64,000 nt of DNA, from NCBI RefSeq assembly GCF_009914755.1, contig NC_060926.1, one strand, 5' to 3'. This DNA comes from the human T2T-CHM13v2.0 reference genome, Homo sapiens. Within the stretch, counting starts at the first letter, position 1. Every line of letters begins with the position of its first letter. Below the pieces are notes generated by a model that did not search any database, had not been told where the DNA came from, and worked only from the letters and a program-made list of their open reading frames with translations. This document shows, piece after piece, positions 54,740 through 64,000 of this stretch. The translations under genes and the position numbers were made by a program.

Positions 54740-55288
54740 TTATTGTCATTTAAAGCTATTCTTTATAAACCTTACTTAATTATTCAGGCTCAATCACCAG
54801 TACCTTCTCCAAAAGACTTGGAGAAGCTAACAGTGTAAATTATTTGGTGAAATAATGGTGATTGAGCCATATGGGAAAGTTTTGATCTCTCTCTCACTAC
54901 TTATTGCTCTAAGATCAACCCTGTGTGCTCATTGTAGTGTCTCTCTTGAGTCTTGTGACTTATGATCTCTCCATCAAGTTAATCTTCTCATATATCCCAT
55001 CCCCCACCACATGCAGCCTATTACAATAATAACAAGGGGTAAGGGGAAGACAAGGGCGTTTAGAACTTTTATGAGATTTTTTTTTTTTTGGCTGACATTC
55101 CTCATCTCCACAATTTACCTGGAACATTATAATCACCCATATTCTGAGCCCAAACCTGTTTATCTGCCCCATATTCATAGCGGATCCTCTTGTTTGCCCA
55201 CAGGTTAATCAACTCTTTTTAAATTTTTAAAATTGATACATAATATTTATATATATTTATGGGGTGCAAGTGATATTTTGTTACATGC

Positions 55289-56571
55289 TGATATGGTTTG
55301 CTTATGTCCCCACCAAATCTCATCTTGAATTGTAACTGCCACAAATCCCACATATCCTGGGAGGAACCCAGTGAGAGGTGTTTGAATTATGGGGGTGAGT
55401 CTTTCCCATGCTGTTTGTTCTTGTGGTAGTGAATGAGTCTCACGAGTTCTGATGGTTTCAAAAATGGGAGTTTGCCTACACATGCTCTCTCTTCTCTTGT
55501 CTGCCGCCATGTGAGATGTGCCTTTCACCTTCTGCCATGATTGTGAGGCCTCCCCAGCCACGTCAAACTGTGAGTCCAATAAACCTCTTTCTTTTGTAAA
55601 TTTCCCAGTCTCAGGTATGTCTTTATTAGCAGCATGAAAATGGACTAATACAGTAAATTGGTACCAGTAGAGTGGGGCACTGCTGAAAAGATACCTGAAC
55701 ATGTGGAAGCAACTTTGGAACTGGGTGACAGGCAGAGGTTGGAATAGTTTGGAGGACTCAGAAGAAGACAGGAAAATGTGGGAAAGTTTGGAACTTCCTA
55801 GAGACTTGTTGAATGGCTTTGACAAAAATGCTGATAGTGATGTGAACAATAAGGTCCAGGCTGAGGTAGTCTCAGATGGAGATGAAAAACTTATTGGGAA
55901 CTGGAGCAAAGGTGACTCTTGTTATGTTTTAGCAAAGAGACTGGTGGCATTTTGCTCTTACCCTAAAGATTTGTGGAACTTTGAACTTGAGAGAGATGTT
56001 TTAGGATATCTGGCAGAAGAATTTTCTAAGCTGCAAAGCATTCAAGAGGTGACTTGGGTGTTGTTAAAGGCATTCGGTTTTAAAAGGGAAATAGAGCATA
56101 AAAGTTTGGAAAATTTGCAGCTTGACAATGTAATAGAAAAGAAAATCCCATTTTCTGAGGAGAAATTTGAGCCAGTTGCAGAAATTTGCATAAGTAATGA
56201 GGAGCCGAACATTGTCACCAAGACCACGGGGAAAATGTCTCCAGGACATGTCAGAGGTCTTCATGGTAGCCCCTCCTATCACAGGCCTGGAGGCCTAGGA
56301 GGAAAAAATGGTTTTGTGGGCTAGGCCCAGAGTCCATGTGTTGCGTGCAGTCTAGACTTGGTGCTGTGCATCCCAGCTGCTCCAGGCATGACTAAAAGGG
56401 GTCAAGTTACAGCTCAGGCCATGGCTTCAGAGGGTGCAAGCCTCAAGCCTTGACAGCTTCCATGTGGTGTTGAGCCTGCCAGTGCACCAAAGTCAAGAAC
56501 TGAGGTTTGGGAACTTCTGCATAGATTTCAGAGGATGTGTGGAAATGCCTGGATGTCTAGGCAGAAGTTTG
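55289..56571 (+). mobile_element. THE1 LTR (55289-55652) plus truncated THE1-int
   Basis: tgatatggtttg...tggactaataca; int begins gtaaattggtaccagtagagtgggg. Confidence 0.9.
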
Positions 56572-57250
56572 GCCCTGATGGTGGCAACTGGGAGCAGTAG
56601 TGACTGTGGGCAGGAAAGCCTGACCTCAAGGTGCATGGAAATGCATGGTAGTTCCTCTGCTGGGTGGGGAATTGCAGGGGTGGTGCTTGCTCCCAGTGGC
56701 TCTTGCCAGTTTGCAGTCAGTTGTAGCAGCAGTAGCAGGTGGGAGATGTCAATGGGGCCAAAGGGGTCTAGAGATACAGGGTCTGTTGGGACCCAAAGCA
56801 GAATGCCTTCTGGTGAGGGCTGGGTTTCCAGAATGGTGATGTGCTGTAGCTGCTTAGAACTAGGGGTGTGTGGGACCCAGTGTGAGCTCCGTCTCTGGAT
56901 CAGTGCTATCAAGCAATATCCACGTATCTCCTATGTTAGCCTGAGGGCCTTTGAGTGTCAAGCGGCTCTCCTGTGGCTAGGATTGCAGAAGTCTGTGGTG
57001 GGAATGTGGACCCACTGGGGGTCTCTCACTTACTGTTTGCCCACATTAGGGAGCTTCTCCAGGCTTCTAGATGGTAGAGTAGGCTGCCTCACTTCCTTGT
57101 CCTTTGTCTTCCATGTTTGCTGTCACTTCTCTGCTGAATTCTGCTGTTCTGTCTTAAATTGTGTATTCAAAGTGTGATTATCTACTCACTATTTTGATTC
57201 TTCTTTGTGGAGGAGGTGAATACCAGATGCTTCTAGTTATCTTGAAGCCC
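56572..57250 (-). mobile_element. Probable old L1 (L1MA-type) 5' UTR fragment; L1 3' tip at 55215-55288
   Basis: GC-richer segment resembling L1M 5' UTR; L1 3' motif tttatggggtgcaagtgatattttgttacatgc before THE1. Confidence 0.55.
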
Positions 57251-59405
57251 CTTCCAGATTGGCCTTTTAAAACCTGATTAATTTTTGTCATGCTCCATCT
57301 CAGGCAGATGACCTCCTGGTCAGGATGGGGCTGTGTTCTTTAAGTAGTCCCTGGATCTTCTAGTGAAGGCTCAGGACATGGGTCAGTGGATGTGCAGAGG
57401 ACTGGTTCTCAGATGCCAGCTCTTGTCATTCCTTACACTTCTCTCCATCTGCTTAAAAAGTCGTGATCCTACATAAACTTTCTTACATTTTAAAACTTCT
57501 TTTATTAGTATTACTCACATGCAGCTCTCTCAGTAGCTCTCAGACCTTGAATATTGTCTGTGCATCAGGTCTCATTGATGTCAGTTGCTTTGTAATGATG
57601 TAAGAAGATAGAATGAGTAGCTTTGGATGGCTGATTGGAACTTGTCAATTCAGGACTATCATATGACGTATGTATATACCACTCTACAAAGTACCCACAT
57701 GTCCTCCTGCCTTTTTTTCTAACAACTCATTCAGTAGCTATTATACTCCCCTCTTAGAGATGAGGTTTAAAGAGTTTAAGTGATTGACCCAAGGACATAC
57801 TGATTTGAGCCTTCAGACCATTATCAGGTATGGTTCTTCGTAACTTACTATGCCACCTAGATTTAAGTGAATATGTTTAGGGCTGGCTTTAGGCCTAGAT
57901 ACAGGAGATGATTGCTCTTGCAGTGAGATGGTGAAGAGAGGGTATGGGTGGAGAAGAAGTTCTGTGGTAGAATATCTGAAAACTTAATATCCCCCAAATC
58001 AGAAATTCATTCTCTTTGGTTAAAGATTGTACTTTGAAGGTATTAATTTCTCTCAGGAAACCATAGCTCTTTTCCCTGTAATCAGCCATTTGCATTCTAA
58101 TTTGAGCTGAATTAGTGTTAGCCTTGAGTGGGGTTCACAGGAGTGGCAAAGACACGGAAAATGGGCTGCCATTCCTAAAGCCAGTGCCCAGTACCTCATG
58201 AGATGCTCAAACCTCCCAGGAGTGGAGGTGGCCTCACATATTCCTTCTCAACCCAGTATTTGAGGAAACAATTTCCTTTTGATTGGAGTTGACATTTGAA
58301 TTGGAGTTCCTTTGGAAACAAAAAAGGCATGGAGTGAGAAGGGGAGGGGGTTCTGTTTAACCAAGGTGGGCCTGGGTGTAGGCTGAGAAAGGACTGTGAC
58401 AAGGTAAGAGTAGGTAGCAGGTGACAGGAGAGGACAAGAATCTAATGGAGCTTGGAGCAAAGAGGACTTGGGAAACTTCCAAATAAAAAGATCATGTTGA
58501 TAACAATTTTGCCTAAGTTTGCTCCTGCAGGTAAACATATCCAGTATCAAATACTTCAGTGGCAAAACCCTGCTCAGGCTGAGAACTCAAAAGAAGCCAA
58601 AATCCAGTAAACTCTGATACTGTCAAAATACTCCCTTATAAAAGAGATTCAAGGACACTCATTCCTACAATGAAGTCTGGGCCCCCAGTCCATCTTCCTC
58701 CGCTCCCCATTCCCTGCCCTAGCATTTTCTCTGGAATGACTCCATCCAACAGAACTTTGAGAATTTGACTCCAAAACTCTGAAGGGCAGGTCAATAGGTT
58801 GAACTGCCAAGATTACAAAGATGAAGACACAATCTGCCTTCAGGGACGCCATGACAGGATTGGAAGAAAACACAGATAATGACATGATAACTGATGGCAT
58901 AACTGAGGAGAAGAGGGAGATGGGTGATGCAGGCAACACTTGCCAGTCATGGGCAGAGGATGGAAAATCCAGACATGCTAGGAACACAAGCAAAGCCTCA
59001 GGAAAACCTACTGACTTAGCCCACTCCTCAAAAGACAGACTCTGAGGTGGAGATTTATATGCAAGACGTTTACAAAGCAATTCCCAATGCTTCTTGGGAA
59101 TTTGCTTAGAGGGAGGAGTTGAACTGTGAAGCAGTTGCAAGAGGCCTTTTAGTAGGAGCTGGGGAACCAGGATGGCCTTTAGAGTCGGGGCAATGAGCGC
59201 CTTTGTGCTTCTCATCCTCAACCAGTCATTGAAGTGAGCTTCTGCTGGGCTGGCGATGTGACCTGGAGCAAGAGGGACTCAGTTAAGAGCCACTGGGAGT
59301 CCAAGTAGCTGGGAAAACGGGGACCTCAGTCCTGAGGGAGGATCTAGGTATGATTTCACTGCATCCACTGTACATATGAGCTGGGTCCTGATGTGTATGG
59401 GTTAG

Positions 59406-59741
<336 letters not shown>

Positions 59742-61982
59742 CTGTTTTTTTTGTTTGTTTTTTTTTGTTTTTGTTCTTTTTTTTTTAAAGTGAGCAGAAC
59801 ATTGCGGCTCTAGTGAAGGTTACGCATAGGCAAGCAGACGGGGTATGAAATTAGGAGGAAGGCAAGGGGCTCCCTGCAGAGAATCTTGAAGGCCAGTCAT
59901 GCCTGCACTTCGTCATTTTCTCAACAAAATATATTAACATATAACATTTAATATATGGTATATAGTTTTTCGCTGCTATAAGTGTAGGGGTGGAGGATAT
60001 GGGGGCCACTTGTAATATGAGCAAATAATAACTTTGATTTAGTATCATTTTGTCACATTTGTTCTCAAATATTTATTATTTTCTTAACTGCTCATGGGAG
60101 TACTGAAATCCTATAATATATGTATTTTTGGCTTTCTGGGGTTTGACTAATATAAGATGATAAATCATCCACCTGCAAACATAGTGGACCTCTTCTGCAG
60201 AGAGACCAACATTCAGGGTTCTAAAAGCCAAGCCTTCCCAGCAATGTTCTCTCCATCTCCCTGTGACTACATCCCGCAGAAAGCTGTCATTAGGAAGGAA
60301 ACATGGTGTTTGGACCATTTGTACTGGTTTCTAAGTGAGTGTTAACACAGGAATACAGATGTACTATGTGAGGTTTGGATAATGGACACTCATTTATAAG
60401 GTAATTGTCACCAAAAATAGGGGATTATGTTAATTTTTTATAGTCTGGGCATTTTGCACTTTGAAATGAGAATGAAAAAAGAAGTAGCTACTGAGTGGGA
60501 TGATGAATGAATGAGGGGACAGAGCCAGGGCTGACATCCCAAGTATTAGATCCACATATTCTGTGTTGGATCTTTTCCAGGGTAAATTATAGAGGAAAAT
60601 GCCATTTGTCTTATTTTCATCCTTTCCATCTGTGGAACTTGAAGAGTTACTACCATTTTTTATTGAGCTTGTTTTGAGGAGTATTAATTTAACTTTATAC
60701 AAAGATGAAAAAGAATGTAAAATAAGAATTTGGTTTCTTGGCAATTCGAAATGAGGTCACTGTTTTACAAGGCCTTATCATCCGTACAGTCATTTTTTTA
60801 AGGGTAGCTAATTAGCGGAGGATCCAGTGGAGTTTTTATACCCAGTATGTCTAAGAATCATGTGGGCTTGGGTACTGGACTCCACTCCAGGGGGTTCTAT
60901 TTCAGAAGTTCTTATGGCACAGAGAAGTATGCACTTGAACAGGTGTTTTGTCTGATTCTGAAGCAAGTGGTCTTCTGTCCATGAGTGATTACTACAGTGA
61001 GATAGATAATAAAAGTTTGTTTGAACTGGGGCCTACACATGCCTATGGGATCTAGGCAGGAAATATAAATAACAGGGGCTGCCCGATAGAAGCTGATTAG
61101 GGCTTGGTGCCTATTGCTGCAAGCTGGAAAACACATGTAAATGGAGCAACAGTGTCTCAATTTTCACTTGTTGTTGTGATGGGGGAGTGCGATTCCAATA
61201 CTGCTAAATGGCCTGAGCATTCAACAGATATCAGAAAGCTGGAAATCTATACAAAGTCTCGTAATATTTAACTGTTGACACCTAATTGAAATAAAATAAA
61301 GACTACGTGTTTGGCAGATAAAATACGTATGCTGGATTCCATCTCTGAGCAGCCAGTCTGATGTGTCTGGTCTAGAGAAAGGAAGAAATAAAAGGTGTTG
61401 GGATTGTGCAGGGTGAGTTTCAACGCTGTTAAGGCAGAGTGGTCTTAGGTGATTCTCTTTAGAGAAGCTGTATTTAAACTTCTTGTTCTATGAACAGTGT
61501 CAGGGGCAAAACGGTGACATGATCAAAGATATTGTGGTTTGTGATGCAAAAATAGAATATTTGGCACCTAACACAAGCACAAAGATCTATTATTTTCAAT
61601 TACTTCCTTAGAGTTTTTTTGGAAGATTTATTTTCAGATTTGGAGGTAACCCATTGCCAACCGTGTCCTGGGGGCATGGGAGATGGGTGGATTGGCATGG
61701 GCAAGAGGACTTGAGCCTACAGGTGGAAGTTAGGTGGGAGATGATATTGGAGGCAGCATCTTCCTGGGTGCCTGGAATAGTAATGTCTAAGGTGGCCTAA
61801 AGCTACACATGGGGAAATTAAAAGAAAAGACCTGAGATGCTGACCCAGACAGTCAGGAACCAAGAGAACTGGAGGCAGAATGAAGCTGGGAATAATGCTT
61901 TGGGCCAGAGCTCATCAAAGGGCAATCTTTTCTATAAAGAAGTGAGCTCTATTTGAGAAAAGAATAGTTAAATGTGTCTTGA

Positions 61983-62330
<348 letters not shown>

Positions 62331-62599
62331 TCAAAATGTAAATACGTATTCCAACCCCTTACCTCCCTCCTCACCATCATGTACTGACATGGCCAATGGC
62401 CTTGCATAGCAGAAAGATGAGCTCAGCTGAAGTCTCCTTTTTTATGTCTGGGGCTTTGGAATGGCTGCTGAAGGTGAGTATGAAATTAGATTCTCTAGCT
62501 TGCCTTCTGCACCTAGAAGCAGCTCAGTTCGGGTCCATGGCAGCCAGTATTCACTAGGGGAGGGAAGTGGGCCAGAGAGTGGAAAATGTCAGTGGTTCC

Positions 62600-63040
62600 C
62601 AAACGTAGGTCAGCACCTATCGGTCATTGCTCTGATAAGCTCATAACATGGTGGTAGCAAACAATCCTGAATCGTAACACAGCAAAATGGTATTTCTCAC
62701 TCAAGACTATATGACCAATAGCGTTAGCAGGGAGTGTGTGTGTGTGTGTCTTGCTCATTGTAGTTTCCTGGGTACTGAGGCTGAAACAATATGTCAAAGG
62801 TAAGTAAATCAGGGCTTCAGGTACATCAAAGATAAGTACATCAGGGGAAGAGGCTGGGAAGAACTACTTACTGGCTTTGAAGCCTCTGCCTGAAAGTAAC
62901 ACATGTTACTTCTGCCTACATTTCAGTGGTTATAGCAAGTCACATGGTCATGCTTGCCTTCAAAAGAGGCAGGAAACTGCAATCCTACCACAAGATTAGA
63001 GCAGAGAAATGGAACATTTGTGATCTCTCTGAGAACCTCC
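62600..63040. mobile_element. MLT1-type LTR fragment
   Basis: gcaagtcacatggtcatgctt...aggcaggaaactgcaatcctacc motif. Confidence 0.5.
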
Positions 63041-63276
63041 ACAGACCTCAAGATTCGGATTCATTAGATTTTCCCCAAGTCATTCTAAGTCTCTCCTACA
63101 TTTGGAAACCTCTGATCTACCCAGTTCATCTTTGGAGGAACTTCTTAGCTGAGATTTGAGTCCTTTGTTGGTTTCTTGGCAAGGCATCCTAAGTATTGAG
63201 TATAGATTTGCATTCAGAAGATATTCAATGAACCATTTTTCTCAGTAACTCACCCACTCTTCAACAGGAAACCAAA

Positions 63277-63907
63277 TGCAAAGTAACTGTGTTTTTTATT
63301 TCTATGAACAATAAAATACTTTCATAATTTCACATCCCATTGCTTTTAAGAGCACATATATTACAAATAAAGGAACTCCACAAACTTTAAAGATTAGTAT
63401 TTATCAACGCTTTTGTACACATACACAAATATTTTAATATAATGGTATCTGAAATGTTATTCATATATTTTTAGTACTGTCATAGTATTAACTAAAAAGG
63501 ATCTTTTAAATTTGGTAAAAACCGTATATTTTACAATCTTTTATTTACATCTGAAATATGCTTAAATGTTACAAAAACATTCACTTTAACCTTTAAAATA
63601 TGTGTACTAGGACTGGGGTACTGACCATACAATAACTGACAGCAAACTTAGGGTTTGCATTTGAGCTACACATTCACTGGAATTTCATGGCAAATATTCA
63701 ACTTGGCTTGATCAACACTGCTCAAAGAAAAAAAAATTATACAAAATGTGCAAATTCAGAGGTTGGCAAAATTCTGAAGCTAGCGAGGTAAACAAAAATA
63801 TTAACACCATGAAAACTTCAAATAAATTAAACCTATCTTTCTCTTCCCCGAGATTAGCTGCAAATTCAGAAAGTTCTCTTAGAGGTGGGTCTGATGCTGC
63901 AGAGCCC
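63277..63907 (-). other. DOCK10: DOCK10 3' UTR (AU-rich), approximate 3' end
   Basis: Follows stop codon; no repeat recognised; ends about 20 nt after AATAAA at 63295-63300. Confidence 0.75.
63295..63300 (-). terminator. Distal polyadenylation signal AATAAA
   Basis: tttatt on + strand, followed on - strand by GU-rich tttgcatttggtttcctgttg. Confidence 0.75.
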
Positions 63908-64000
63908 TCAGACTTCAGCACTAGATGAGATGGAGACCGTGGGTAGGGCCGGAGTTGCTTTGCTAATTACTCGAGTGCAGGTTTGGTCCACTCCGCGCTT
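63908..64000 (-). CDS. DOCK10: DOCK10 last coding exon, partial (KRGVDQTCTRVISKATPALPTVSISSSAEV*)
   Basis: Open frame from window edge to TGA at 63908-63910; C-terminus recognised as DOCK10; known neighbour of CCDC195 on 2q36. Confidence 0.85.
   Translation of the reverse strand, partial: KRGVDQTCTRVISKATPALPTVSISSSAEV

Noticed and set aside
55247-57177. Long ORFs of 220, 207 and 247 aa
   Set aside because: Lie in THE1 LTR/internal sequence and the adjoining L1-like segment; no splice or domain support
58649-59221. 190-aa minus-strand ORF
   Set aside because: Non-ATG start, partly overlaps an MLT1 fragment, no recognisable domain
63911-63922. DOCK10 C-terminal SAEV as a PDZ ligand
   Set aside because: The -2 residue is Ala, so it is not class I; only a weak class II fit
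63712-63928. Short ORFs on both strands near the right edge
   Set aside because: Overlap the DOCK10 stop and 3' UTR and are out of frame or antisense

Overview
Primate, almost certainly human, genomic DNA that is Alu/L1/LTR-rich and has no prokaryotic systems. The window holds the complete three-exon coding region of a 201-aa minus-strand gene, reconstructed here from GT-AG splice sites and recognised as CCDC195 (exons 14312-14546, 8148-8394, 1936-2059). At the right edge are the last 30 codons and 3' UTR of another minus-strand gene, recognised as DOCK10 (ends ...PTVSISSSAEV*). The ~48 kb between them is mostly nested transposon debris. Almost all other ORFs in the supplied track are repeat-derived artefacts. 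I found no clearly new biological system. The most interesting unexplained signals are: a ~114-nt near-perfect hairpin at 38484-38597; an old micro-inversion with an inverted duplication at an MST/MLT2 junction (~32957-33281); a candidate PP1-docking RVxF motif in CCDC195; inverted Alus flanking CCDC195 exon 2; and a solo LTR12 promoter pointing toward CCDC195. Gene names and repeat subfamilies come from recall of known sequences, not a database search. Repeat boundaries are approximate.
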